A program made the position numbers and the translations under genes. Below are positions 38,724 to 51,560 of a stretch of 64,000 bases of DNA, piece by piece. How positions within the stretch are numbered: position 1 is the stretch's first letter; every line of letters begins with the position of its first letter. The stretch lies in the NCBI GenBank assembly GCA_037379345.1, contig CM074516.1:20460001-20524000 (forward strand), in the 5' to 3' direction. Under the pieces are notes generated by a model. It saw only the letters and a list, made by a program, of their open reading frames with translations, was not told the DNA's origin and ran no database searches. The DNA comes from Perna viridis (lineage: Eukaryota).

Positions 38724-38967
38724 AAAGAGTAATAAAGGGAACCAAGGTTATAGCGGTAACCAAAAGAATGTAATCCAGGGACAAAGACCAGACATGGAAA
38801 ACAGACTTACACAACAAAGAACATATAGTAACTAAAATCATTCATACAAAGTAACAAAAGCAAATGAGCAACTCGGACTCCACTATAAACTGGGAGCATG
38901 GACCAGGTGCACCAGTAGGGTAAACACCCACCGAGTTGCTCATAAAGTAGGGTAGGGTAAGCGTCCT
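38724..38967 (-). mobile_element. Naiad-type PLE 3'-end fragment, internally rearranged
   Basis: Near-consensus tail with a ~21-nt internal deletion and a re-copied segment at 38947-38967. Confidence 0.9.
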
Positions 38968-39149
38968 GAAGTTAACCAATTATGACAAGAGTGTTTTCTT
39001 TAAACATACCTCTCGAAACACAAAAAAATGAAGAACAGATCTAATTATTCTAGTCTTGCTATTTAAAACTCAGTCAATGAAGGGCTTGACTGTATATATT
39101 AAGATATAAGATATTATATAAAATAAAAATGACTGAATTTAAATGAATT

Positions 39150-41190
39150 TTAAAATAGATTTACACGGGTATGTTAGTAAAAACAAATTCGTCGCTGGAT
39201 TACATTTCCTTTGAGCATCTATATTTATCGATTATTTCCTTGGCTGTCCTTTTAAAAATGACAAAACCCGAAAATGTTCCTACACTTAAGTTAATAAAAC
39301 CCAGATTACAAACGCATTTTCAAATAAAAAAATGGCATTACAGGACTTCGAGAGTGAGAACTAAGGCTAAATCACCAGACTGTTCTTGAAAAAAACGATC
39401 CATTCAAATATGGTCCTTCTTGTCGCGTCATAACGGGCGATTCAAACATAGAAAACGAATCTCTCCGTAAGGTCCTTTCTAAAGGTCCCAAGTACCGTGA
39501 GCCACACTCCATTAATTGGAATAATAACTTTATTATTCTTATGAATAATGTGGAGTACTATGCAAGAAAATGGATTAAACGAACGCAAGAAGACATGGTT
39601 CACGGTCAGAGTGGATAAAGGCTGTGAGTTTTTTAGTTTTGAATCGTATGAAAGTTTTAAGTAGGTCAATGAGTGTCAATGCTACATCACTTTTCAAAGA
39701 CCCAAATTTACCTAAAGCTTTGTCTACTATACACGATTAATATGTTTTCGTACCAGCATACAATGCCCGAATCAACAAAGTCTTCAAGACGCATTACATC
39801 CAATGTTTATCATCGGATATAGAGGTAGAAAATAATAGCAGTAATAAGACCTGTACTGCTACCACACTCTCCAAAGAAGAGACAGTGGAAAACAATAAAT
39901 CTGTATTATCCTCTTTTTGCCTCTCTACTAAAGACGATGCTTGTGGACTACCATCTATGTACTGGATCCAAAGCTCCACATACAAACAACACTTCATACC
40001 TGGATCTGCAAAATGTACGACCAACCTTCTTTCAAAAATTTCAACTTCCATACTCTGCTCTCAAAGAGGATCTCCAGTCTTAATACGACACTTGTTACTA
40101 CCGTGATGGTTTAATTCCATTCAATTCAATTACAAATCTTGAAATCATCAATTCAAGATTATCATCAGAATGCAACAGCACAAAAACCTATATTTTTTCA
40201 ACTGTTTGTACTAATATTCCCCATACTGACTTAAAATCCCATCTCAAATTATCTTCCAAGTATACGGGAGATGTTTTCAACATACTGGAACTTTTTATCG
40301 ACAACATATTTGTCCAGTGGTGGACGCGTTTTTTAACAAACGGTGGCATTCCAATGGGAACAAATTGTGCTCTTCTACTCGCTGACCTATTCCTTTACTC
40401 ATATGAGGATGGCGTTTTAGTTTAATAGATGATATGATCCAAAGAATAAAGATCGTTTTGCCAGCTCCTTTCTTTTCAGTTTCCGTTATATAGATGACGT
40501 ATTATCGTTAATCTTAGTTTCGAGGATTTTATACACAACCCGAAAGAACTTGAGATAAAGGATACTGCAGACACTGTGAAGTCAATCTCAAATCTTGATC
40601 TACACTAAGAGATCGGTGGAAAAAGATTACCATTGAACAAACCATACAACAAAAGCAATGACTTTTCATTCTGTATTGACAAAGTTCCTTTCATCCCTTC
40701 ATTACCTTCGTATGGCGTTTTCATATCATTCGTCATGCCATAGATTGCCGTAACTTCGCAGACCTTTTGTATCGCGCTGAACTTCTTAAAATTAGGTTTC
40801 ATGAACAGGGTTATGTTTCTACAAGATCATCTAAAGTCATCACAACAGATATTTTATGACGTGGTGGATCGTTACCGTGTATCCATCTGCATCATGGAAT
40901 TTGTCCACTGTGTCATAGTTTTCCTTTCTTCATTCGTTTTCCCCGGACTTTTTATAAACAATGGTTCCTAGAAAAGCAGGGGACGCCTACCCTACCAGTG
41001 CACCTGGTCCATGCTCCAAGTTTTTGGAGGCGTCTGAGTTTATCATTTACTCTTTTTTTTTTACTTCTTTGTACGTGTTATCTTTGTTGTTTAATGTAAT
41101 TGTGTGTGTGTGTCTGTTTTCCTTGTCCGGTCTTTATCCCTGGATTACGTTCTTTTGATTTCCGCTTGAATTTTGGTTCCCTTAGTTTTC
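39150..41190 (+). mobile_element. Decayed Naiad-type PLE copy, from the linker CxC region through RT to the 3' UTR
   Basis: Remnants PDCS*, PFKYGP, KGPKYREP, LPSMYWI, GSAKCTT, GIPMGTNCA, FRYIDD and PKELEIKDT; 3' UTR at ~40940-41190. The 5' boundary is approximate. Confidence 0.85.
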
Positions 41191-41732
41191 ACTATTTTTG
41201 TATTAGTAGTTTAAACCATCTACGGTCGCAATCAACTAAGTGGTATGATGACTCTTTCCCTGTCACGCAATTGTGTTATTGTCATATGGAAAAAAATTAA
41301 ACCAAATGATGGTAATACATTTTTATAAGTTTCCGATATTCGTCTTTTAAAAAATGAATGACAGATTGAAAGCAAAATGATACTCTTTTTCTTTGTGGAT
41401 ATGTGTCACAAAAACTGCTGTAAAAATAATCTGACATTTCCTCTGTGATGTAGTTGAAACCTACAAAAAAAAATTATATGACAAAATAACTTGCATATTT
41501 TTCAAAAAAAACAACATCTGAGCAGTGTTCGACCCTAAGTTCCATGTTAAGTCATTTGGATGTCTGAAATTAAGATAAAAATTCTTCGTAATTAGTTGGA
41601 TTTGTTGTTCTTCAGCGCGAAGTATAATACAACTAAAAGTGGTTCATGAAAAGTGTCAATGACCTTGTGATAGTCTTGATAAATAATTAAAATGAGATCT
41701 TCTATGTAAAGAGAAGACGTAGCAATGTTAAG

Positions 41733-41885
41733 TGTCCTCCGAGGTCAATGTCTTGGACAACAGCACGCCGGAAAAACCAGAAATGTACTCCGATGTCAAT
41801 ACCATGGACAACATCACACCGGGAACACCAGAAATGTACTCCGAGGTCAATACCTTGAATAAAACAACGTCGGGAACACCAAAAC
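41733..41885 (+). repeat. 51-bp tandem repeat, 3 copies
   Basis: ctccga(g/t)gtcaat at 41737, 41788 and 41839. Confidence 0.9.
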
Positions 41886-44800
41886 TATGGGATCCTTTTA
41901 CAGCACCACGCTGAAGTGAATCCAGTGAACTCAGGCTTGATGCACGTTGAGATAACGAAATTTTGCAATTGCAGCGGCCATTGCCTAATAGATACGTGGA
42001 AGTTTTTGTTTCATTTTTTCAAAATAATAGTAGGATAGCAAAGATTCACGTTTGAGTCAGTAGTTAGTTATCGTCTATTAAAACAACTTTTTTACAAATT
42101 CCGGTTACAGGAATTAAAGGACAAGAGCGTTGAAAAAGAATTTTGCATGTGCAAATGAATAACAGTCAATCTAGAGTCTCTTTATCGTCATGTTGAAGAT
42201 TCCGGAATGACTACTATTGTCAAGGCGAAGTCCACTTTCTGACGATAGCATATCAAAACAATTTATGATAATTTTACTCTTGAACGACTCTGCATAAAGA
42301 CAAAGCTACTCGTGATGATTTCTGACAAAAATTGTTATAACCTCTTTCAGGGACTGTTCTAACACTGACTGACAATTATTGAATCATCGGCGCTGACGAC
42401 ATTGGAAATGATTGGTCAGATCCTATCTGTTTGGACCGTGAATCTATATTATTTTTTCATCGGGTGTATAGATTAATTGAGCTGCCTGACAGGCATTTCC
42501 TTGACCTCACGTTTATCTATATGTATTTGTGTGTATAATTTCAATCACCGGTCACAGAGTTAAAGATAGTCTAGCATATTATTTGTTGTATCGAGGTCGT
42601 ATGTCTTGTACGCTTCCGGCATTTGTTTTTTTTTTTTTTCCAAATTTGGTTTAAAAGTTGTCCTGATTAAATTTCGTCTACTTTGTAAGTTCTTGTTTTT
42701 AACCTTTATTTTGTATACATATATCATTGTAATTTGTATTATCCTTTCTCATATATTCTTAACTCGTTTTGACCTTTCTCCTTGTGTTTTCTTCATTGCT
42801 CGCTTTCATTTTTTTATTTCTCGAATTGTTTGTAAGTTAAAGATCAATCCGAGTTATATTTCTATAGTAAACGCTGATCTAACAATGTGCTCTAAGCCTT
42901 CGCATCGGCTTCATTTCTGTGTTGTTTGGATTTTTTATTCTACTCGTACCATAATCTGATAGTACAAAGTATTTTGTTTTATTACATGGGAATATTTTAT
43001 CATCTGTCCTACTTCTCCCTTTCCTATCACATCTGCATTTTCGAAATTTTTGTTATTTCTATGGTTGCACTATTCTAAACATGGAAATTTTCACGCCGTC
43101 TTAATGAAATGTCCCATAAACGTTTCCCTCATTTGTTTTTGGCTATTCAATCTTGTATTTACTGTGCTAATGAAAAAAAATATAAACTAATAATTCATAA
43201 AAAAGTTTCGAATCAAGAGATCTTAGTTTGTTGTCATCGTCACGTGGTCGGCGCTGTAATACACATGTAAACAGTTTGTGAATAATTAATTGAACAAATG
43301 TGTTCTTAAAGCATTATTTTGTACTTCTAATTTTGTGGCTATCCAATAAACACCATTTACAATAAGGAAAATTCTAACCTTTCTTGAGAACTGTCATACA
43401 TCGTCAGGATTGTTAATCCGGAAATTCAAAACACTTTAGGCTAAAAACCACTAATTCCACTTCCCATAGGCTTCTATGCTAATTTCACAATATTCAATGG
43501 CTTCTCTGGACTTTACCTTAACTTTAACCTGCAGAGGACTATATATCAGCATGATTCTACATATGTCAGCTCACAATCCTCAGAATGGCATGTGGGGTTA
43601 GCAGACTTGCAGTGCAGTACTGGTCACCGGAAGTGAAGGGTCTATAAATAGCATGGGAAATCCCAGTGTTTTCACAAGATAGGGGTATATTTAAAAATCA
43701 TTATGGAGATTAGACTTCACATCACAAGAAGCAAAATGCACCTATAAAATGTACAGAAATGTTTTTCCTTTCAGAAACTGTTTAAATTTTTTAAATAAGA
43801 TGAGAACTTTTTTCACAGCACTATGAGGAACAAGGGTAATTTCTGCGTAGGACTATTTTTGCGTACGTTCCAAATGCTTATTGGTTGAATTGGTGGTCTG
43901 TAACCTTTATTTGGAATTTTGCGAGGTTTTATCACCAAAAGGAACAGAGTCTTATTTACAGTGTCTAAAATTCACATCATGAAGTATTTTTGATGCATGT
44001 CCCCAGTTGTACTTTATCTACTTGGCAAAAATTATTATTTCAAGACTAAATTGTATTTATTCTATAAATACTCGCAATGAGTTAAATTTCAAGTTATCAA
44101 AGCATCAAATGAAATCTAATGTTTGTCTTCAATGACACTGTGACCATCCTGACCTTAAAATTGAAAAAGATGTATAAAAACACTTTCAATTAGTTAAAAT
44201 AGAAAATCATGGAAACGAGAGATAGTGATGAAGAGGTCGCCGAGTAAAATATCCTGTCGATGCACCTAATTTCGTTTGTATGAACTTAAAGACTCTTTCA
44301 TGACTGACAAATTCTGTATAAATTAACTTGTTCATTCCCTAAGTTGTTGAACTTATGAATAAAAGTAAAATTGGACTTGAAAAGGTATCACAAATTAAAG
44401 ACAGCTTTTGTGGGGATTAAGAATCTGATAAGAGCGTCGTTTTGTTGCAGAGCATCAGATCATAAAAGCAATTAACTGCATTTGTACTCAAATGTGACGT
44501 AGGTTGGAACACAGTTATATGTGCCAATGTCGGTCAATGGACTGATTTAGAAACTGTGTAGCATTCTCGGATAGCTAGTGTTCACAAAGTTCCTGATTGG
44601 CCGAGACGTATTTTACGAGTATGTTGCGACTACGCAACGTACGTTGTTAAAAAAGACGGAAGTTGAATTTCTGAATTGGTCCATTAATCAGATATAGATG
44701 AAGTTCGGTGACCTTTTATATTCCATATCAATAATGTTTTGATACGATTTCTTTCCTGGTACATGTGTTCTAGTTGATATATGACTTATCAGACAGAAGT

Positions 44801-44972
44801 CAATATTCGTGAATTTGATTCCAATTGGGAAGGGATGTGGTTTCCAAGTACTACAATATTCTTTTTTTTATTGAGTTCAAATTCAATCTTCGACTTTCTA
44901 TATGAAAAAGCAGTATAAGAGCTGATTTTTGCTTGCATTCATATGATTTAGGCAAGTATGTGTACGTTATGA

Positions 44973-45260
44973 GAAAATAATCAAGGGAACCAAGGTTATA
45001 ATAGCGGTATTCAAAATAATGTAATCCAGGGACAAAGACCAGACAAGGAAAACAGACATACACAGCAAAGAACATATAGTAACTAAAATCATACATACAA
45101 AGTAACACAAGCAAATGAGCAACTCTGACTCCACTAAAAACTGGGAGCATGGACCAGGTGCACCAGTAGGGTAAGCGTCCTCTGCTTTCCCAGAAACACC
45201 CACCGAGTTGCTCATAAAAAAAGTCCGGGGAAGACGAAAGAGGAAAGGAAAACTATGACA
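44973..45260 (-). mobile_element. Naiad-type PLE 3'-end fragment (entire 3' UTR back to the ORF stop)
   Basis: Matches 18686-18970 along its length, ending ggaaaactatgaca. Confidence 0.9.
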
Positions 45261-45402
45261 CGAAAAGTTTAAACTGGTATGAAGGCCTTTAGGAACAAAG
45301 ATGATTTAGACAGATGCCCGATTCATATTATTTCAGATTTTGACAGGAGTCTGGCTTCAAAGAAATCGTTAAGACCGACACTCGTTAGATGTGTTCAGTT
45401 AG

Positions 45403-45760
45403 TGAACTATTCAGTGAAGAAATGTGTGCAGCTCTTTTGATATTTTTTTATAAGAGGTGCCCATCTAATAAACTAGTCCATTATGTAATGTACCCGACTC
45501 CTTTGATATTTGTATTTGAGGTGTCTACCCCATGAACTATTCGGTGAAGAAATGTGTTAGTCTCCTTTAATACTCGTGTTTGAGGTGTCTACCCCATGAA
45601 CTATACGGTGATGAAATGTGTCCGGCTCCTTGAATATTCTTATTAGAGGTGTCTACCCTTTGAAATATTCGAAGAAGAAATATGTCCATCTCCTTTAATA
45701 TTCGTCCTATAGAGGTGTCAATGAATCATTCAGTAACAACAGGCGTCCAGCCTCTTTCTG
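45403..45760. repeat. 64-bp tandem repeat, about 5.5 diverged copies
   Basis: tgaactattc.gtgaagaaatgtg...gaggtgtctaccc units start at 45403, ~45468, 45533, 45597 and 45661. Confidence 0.85.
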
Positions 45761-47431
45761 ATTCGGATAAGATTCAGATTTCTGACTCATAGACATTTCT
45801 AGTTGGACAGGTGATCGATTCATAAATTACTGGACTAGGACATGTGCTCGCTTAATGTTCGTACAGGGTTTGGTTTCGACTTGTATATTTGTCCTGTCCA
45901 TAAACAATTTGGTCTAGACAAATGCCATGAATATACACGGCTTGTCCGATTTGTTGGGTATCGATCACGGATTTTCCGTAGTGGAATCATGCCGTTTAAG
46001 AAGAAGAAACTTGCTTGAAAAAAATATTTAATTTATTCTAACGATCGTCATTGTTTGACTTCTCAATACAGTTTACATACTTGTACATGTATTATACCGA
46101 ACCTATGTTTTCATTTGCTTAAATTAAAACCACAAACTTCCTTACAAATAGTACGAAATACGTTTATTATTACAACCTATAGAAAAAGCGAAATAAAAGT
46201 ATAATGTGCGTTATATACCTTCATTTAATACATTCCATGGATATATTATTTCATTCATGTATACACTGAAATAGATGACATCCTTTTGACTTTCTATGGG
46301 TCGTCCTCGATCTGTACATAGGATTAGCTCTCCCCTTGACTTTTAAAACAACAATAAATCGGAGTATTGAAAAATAGGTGCTTCAAAGTCTTATCGATCG
46401 AAAATTGTTTAAATTCATATATATCTTCAAACATAAATATGTGTCAGACTGCTAGTGTTTGAAGTTTACTTAAGTTTAAAACGCATCAATTTATCTATTT
46501 AATCTCAATTTTGATTTTGTGATCAGTTAAATACCCGTTCAATTATATTTCCCGTAATTATATACTCGTATGAATATTGAAATAGGGTTGCGGTATGTCT
46601 TAAGTGACCATAAATCGGTGAGATATACGCCTGAGATTGTGTTGATTCATTGGCTGAGTTTTAATACGTTTCAAAAACAATCTGCACATGACAACTGTAA
46701 AACGTAGGTTGAGGCGAAGCGCTGCGAAAATCAATTGGTATAAGATTGATTAGAACGAATTGTCTGTAAACTGGCAACGACAATACCTTTAAATCTATAT
46801 CGCCTTTTGACAGAATATAAGGGTACAAAAAATATAATACAATTAATATTCACGCCAGTGAAGCGAGCAGTATTTTATATTTGTTAGAATCTTAAGGATA
46901 TTCAATACTCTATATGTGACTAAATGGAAACGAAATAAAAGGAGAAATTTGAATGGTTACCAACATGGATTGACGATTGTGTACATGTAATCGCAGATAG
47001 TTCCGTGAAAAAAATTAAATGTACAATAATCTACTCAACAGTGTTCTTTACAACGTGTGAATTGTATGTGTTAGGATGTTAGTACTATTTACATATGAAA
47101 TTGGATTTAGAAAAAGAATTATCAACATACAAACCTGATTTTTATGAAAACATTCTCCGTGAAATATCAACAATAAAGATTTAATATTGAAAAACACCAA
47201 CGTAGTGGAAACGAGGTTGACAAAAGGATTTTTAAGCATAATTACTCTCAGTTTAGCAGTATTTACCGAGGAATTTATTCTCTGTAGTAAGTAAATGAAT
47301 CTAAACGTCTTGTCTGGAATTATTTTATAATTTCATGGATAAATTGCAATTCAATACTTTGATAACCATCTGTTTTCGAAATGGAATAGTTAAATAGTTC
47401 TTGGTGTTTTAAAGTTTCATTTTTCTAAGTC

Positions 47432-49201
47432 ATGTCGGCTAGTTCGTATTCGTCTATTTCGACGACCCATGGGGCCTGTAGAACAGAGTTCAAGCGACAG
47501 AAGACCTACTTATCAATGGAAAAACAGTATATATTTGACAATGAATCTGCAGACCCTATACCGATTGTTGAGTTAAAACCGTTTGTTAAAAAAGTATGGA
47601 GAAGGGAGAAGAGCCTTCCGGCATTTTACGACATGCTACCGCCGTCAAAGCCATTATCAAATAGGAGAAAACGGGAAAAGACTGAGGTTTACAATTCTCC
47701 TGAACCAGCTCCGGAAAAAATTGACTTAGTCGTAGGAAACAGTCCCAGTGAACCAAAGCAAGAGAGATCTAAACATAACAGTGGACACTTGTCACCGAGA
47801 TGTAAATCTAAAAACCATATTCATCCTCAAGCTGAAACTATAACCGTTAAACAAATAGAACATTCTCAAAGTCTGGTTCCTGGATTTATAACTCGAGATG
47901 AGAGAAGTAAAACAACTCTTATGGAAATCCAGCATTCTGATAGTCCAACAAAGCAACACACTGCTTTGCAGTCCTGTCTGGAGCGGAAGGAGATAGAAGA
48001 ACCGGGGATGTATATTAATCTTAGAGGAGATAGCTTCAAGCCGAACGGATCAGTACGACGTCCTCTCAGTTATTTTGTTCCTTACAGAAATTCAATGAAG
48101 AAGAATGGCATGTGGCAGCAGCTACAGAGCATGGAAAGCCTACCGAATTATATTTCTCGTCATGTAATGACACAAAGCCCCCAGTCAGATTTAACTACTC
48201 GCTCTTCATCGCCGTATTACGATTCCTTTGACAAAAAGGGAACTTTGCCTTCAATTAAAATTTCTTATTCCAACTTGGCTAAAAGAAATAACAAACAAAG
48301 AGTTGCCTTTGAGGATTTAGAGGGTATGAATGAATCGTATTCTCCATATCATCAAATCAGCAAAATCAACAATGCTCTTCATCATTTAAGTAAGTTCGGT
48401 GTAGCATCAAAAGTTGAACACCAGCTAACATACCAGCTAAAGATCGATTTACAAAAGTTCAAGAGGTCTAGAGACTACTTTCCGTTTGATATATCACCCA
48501 GTGAATTAGCCAAATATTATCCACCGCCGTCTATCAATCTAACGAATGGCGAACTGCAAATTAGGAAAGCTCAGCAAATGAATACACCGAAAAAGAGACG
48601 CAAAACAAGAGAAAAATCTCAGGTATCTTTTCAATCAACCCCAGAAAAGTTGGAGATGCAAGACTGGGGTCCGAGTAGGTCTGAGGACGACAGATTCATA
48701 GATACTAGAAATACAAGAAACTTAGAAAGTGCATTAGAAAATATTGCCGAGAGTGAATCCGAAGAGGAACTGAAAATCAAAAGTAACGATATCACAGTGC
48801 CAAGTCAGTTTGACAATGCTACTAATACGCAAGAAAGTGAAGGGGTAACCCCAGCAGTTAACGACTCAAGCACAGGATTTACGCAAAAGAAACCGACGAC
48901 AACAATCGACATCGGTCTAGAGTCGACATTTCAATCAAATGTGGCCGAGCCGTCGTCACAGGAACCGGAAATGGATAGCGTTGAGGAAAAACGAAGTGCT
49001 AAATCTCCTAGAACCTCAGATATTATTTCGGGCGTTAGGGATGCTAACATTTCATACTTGAACGCAAGCGATATTCAAAAGGAGAGTGAAATTAGAGAAT
49101 CTACGAAAGAAAATATTGATAAATTAGAACGGGATAGTACTTTTCTTACGTCTGATCTTAACACTGAGTATGGAAATCCGGATTTATCTGTCGGGAGTTG
49201 A
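47432..49201 (+). CDS. Uncharacterised intronless 589-aa protein, Ser/Glu/Lys-rich and probably largely disordered, with NLS-like basic clusters
   Basis: A 1770-nt uninterrupted ORF in AT-rich DNA, GC-richer than its flanks. Basic clusters NRRKREK and PKKRRKTREK; acidic C-terminal third. No transposase, RT or other domain recognised. Confidence 0.85.
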   Translation: MSASSYSSISTTHGACRTEFKRQKTYLSMEKQYIFDNESADPIPIVELKPFVKKVWRREKSLPAFYDMLPPSKPLSNRRKREKTEVYNSPEPAPEKIDLVVGNSPSEPKQERSKHNSGHLSPRCKSKNHIHPQAETITVKQIEHSQSLVPGFITRDERSKTTLMEIQHSDSPTKQHTALQSCLERKEIEEPGMYINLRGDSFKPNGSVRRPLSYFVPYRNSMKKNGMWQQLQSMESLPNYISRHVMTQSPQSDLTTRSSSPYYDSFDKKGTLPSIKISYSNLAKRNNKQRVAFEDLEGMNESYSPYHQISKINNALHHLSKFGVASKVEHQLTYQLKIDLQKFKRSRDYFPFDISPSELAKYYPPPSINLTNGELQIRKAQQMNTPKKRRKTREKSQVSFQSTPEKLEMQDWGPSRSEDDRFIDTRNTRNLESALENIAESESEEELKIKSNDITVPSQFDNATNTQESEGVTPAVNDSSTGFTQKKPTTTIDIGLESTFQSNVAEPSSQEPEMDSVEEKRSAKSPRTSDIISGVRDANISYLNASDIQKESEIRESTKENIDKLERDSTFLTSDLNTEYGNPDLSVGS

Positions 49202-51176
49202 TATTGGATTAAACATTAACCATGAGGTTTAACCTTTAATCTCATTAATCCCAGTTCTAAACTATGCATTACCTTTGAAGTAATAAGCTCAACTGTGATA
49301 AAGAAAATGTGCAAACGTATTTTGTTTCTTTTGTTCATTAATAAGTAAGACGAAAAGCTTGTGTTCATTCCCCCAAAACAGCAGTTCAAGTCTAGTTCAA
49401 TATTCGAGCTCACTTGTAACTTTCAAGGTTTCTGTAAATCTTTACGGTAACTTTGTGGTCTAAAGTAGTTAAATTGCTCATTTGAAAATCTATACTGATG
49501 CATGTACATTGTGGTAAAAATTCGTTTCGTAAAGCAGAGATTAATGTACCTGTCAACAGAAACAGTATTTTTATATCCATTTTAACCAATAGCAAATTCA
49601 ACAATTAAATTATCAAATGTACATGTACACTAAGCTGTCTCAATAATCAATTGATAGACAGAGTTTTTTTTTAGCAAATACCAACCACATTGGGATTTCT
49701 TTAATAATCACATACCGTAAAATGAACTAAGAGATATTACTGAGGCGAACTGTCGTTTATAAAATTGATCAACTGTTTAGCAGAAGTACAATGTAGTCAT
49801 GCTGGCAGTGAGTTCAAACGGGTTTCTTTAATTTAAGTTCCGCCTTTGAGTTTGAATGTTCCCTTAAACATTATTTTATCTTTGTATATAATATGTTCAT
49901 GTACGTAAAATCACGTTGAGTCCTTGAATTAAGGTCACGCTTTGAATTTATTCAATTCTTAATTTATTTGTTTTATCTTAATGACAGTGATGGATCCAGG
50001 AGTTTTCGAAAAAATTTGAAAATTTTATTAATATCCTGCAAAATTTTGACCAAAAATGAGCAAATTATAGGCTGGAACCTTCTTTTCAGAATCTTTGGAC
50101 CTATGCCTGTACATATATCTATGGCTGACACTTTAGGATAGGAAATAATTGTAAAATTTAAATTGCTTTTATCACTGCACGTATTTGTATTACTTTATTC
50201 GTTGTCGGGGCAGGAAGGAATGATTTTATCAAGCCAGTGTATATATCATAGTATCGTACAATAGCTACACTCAAAATTGCCAGGTTTTCAAAGAAAAAAA
50301 TGTACTTGAAGACTTCATAGCGGTTGTTGGCTAAAGGTCATTTTCCGAAGTCATAAAACAAATGACAATATTGATCCTTCTGAACATTTTAAAGTTCGAA
50401 TCAATACAAAACGTTATCATTTAAATATTTTGTTATTTATTTTATAGGATTATTTGGAAATGTTTAATGTTTAAAGTATCTGAAAGTCTATAAATATGCC
50501 AGTCTCACTTATCAAGAACAAAGCTTTTAATGTATGATCGAATAATCCACCTAAATTTACATAAAACGTAACAAATCGGTTGGCTCCTGTTTGAATACAG
50601 AATCAAACACATATTTAAATTATATAACGTCAGTTGCTTTTTTATTAAATGGCAGCTTGATATTTTCATTATATATATGTCCTGCATATTTTGGTGCCAC
50701 GATTTAAAAACAAAATTAATCTCTGTCCACATTGCGGTTTCTGTTTAAGTCCAGCAAAATCTTTCCAGTAAACCAACTTGCATGCATTCTAATGCGATTT
50801 ATTTATGAATTTTTCTATTTCGCGGCGACTTAGTTCTGCTAATTTCGCGAGAAGGGGAAATTGGAAAATAATTCGCCGCGAATAAGTCTCTTCATTAGTA
50901 AATATATGTTTCACAAGTTCATTTATTGCTGCAGAATTGAATTGAAATGCATTACAGCGAAAATAAGTCTATTTGCATTGGTCTTTATTGTCTCTTCTTT
51001 AAAATGATAACACCATTTGTTAATGGCAGTAATTATGATAATATGTAAACAAAAAAAAAAGGGATTCTTAATAACTTCTCTCATGGTTTCTATTCTTATT
51101 CGATGAGTGTATATTTTAAATAGTGGCTGCATTATCACCTCTGGGGGGACTCCGAAAAACAAACAAAGATGCTTAA

Positions 51177-51560
51177 ATGTCAGTCCCTATAAGAATCAGG
51201 CAGTAAGTGAAACATGGTATGAAAAAAATCATTATTTTGATAATGTAATTTGATTATTTGTACCATCAGAATCAAGGAAATCATACAAGATTTTCCATAT
51301 CATGCTGGACCACTGAGTTACAATTTCATTTAAATGCACTGAAAATGAACAATTCAATGGCAGAAAACTCTGTCAAAAACCTCATTTTTCTAACATTTTA
51401 TTGAAAATTTCTGAGCAAAGCCAGTGATGCAGAGATCAAATAATGGTCTTTTCAAATAGGGAAAGTATCCTTAAGTGATATTACATTGTTAGATCGGTGG
51501 GTTTAGACATGCATGTTTCTGATTTTTCCCGTTTTGCCTGATTCTTACAAACACTTACGC
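51177..51560. mobile_element. TTAA-flanked MITE, same family as 20251-20551
   Basis: ttaa|atgtcagtccctataagaatcaggca ... tgcctgattcttacaaacacttacgc|ttaa; shared interior agatcggtggg..gacatgcatgtt. A solo end lies at ~3407-3458. Confidence 0.78.

Noticed and set aside
45403-45760. Regularly spaced 64-bp repeats as a CRISPR-like array
   Set aside because: The whole unit is homologous between copies, with no unique spacers, no cas genes and a eukaryotic context.
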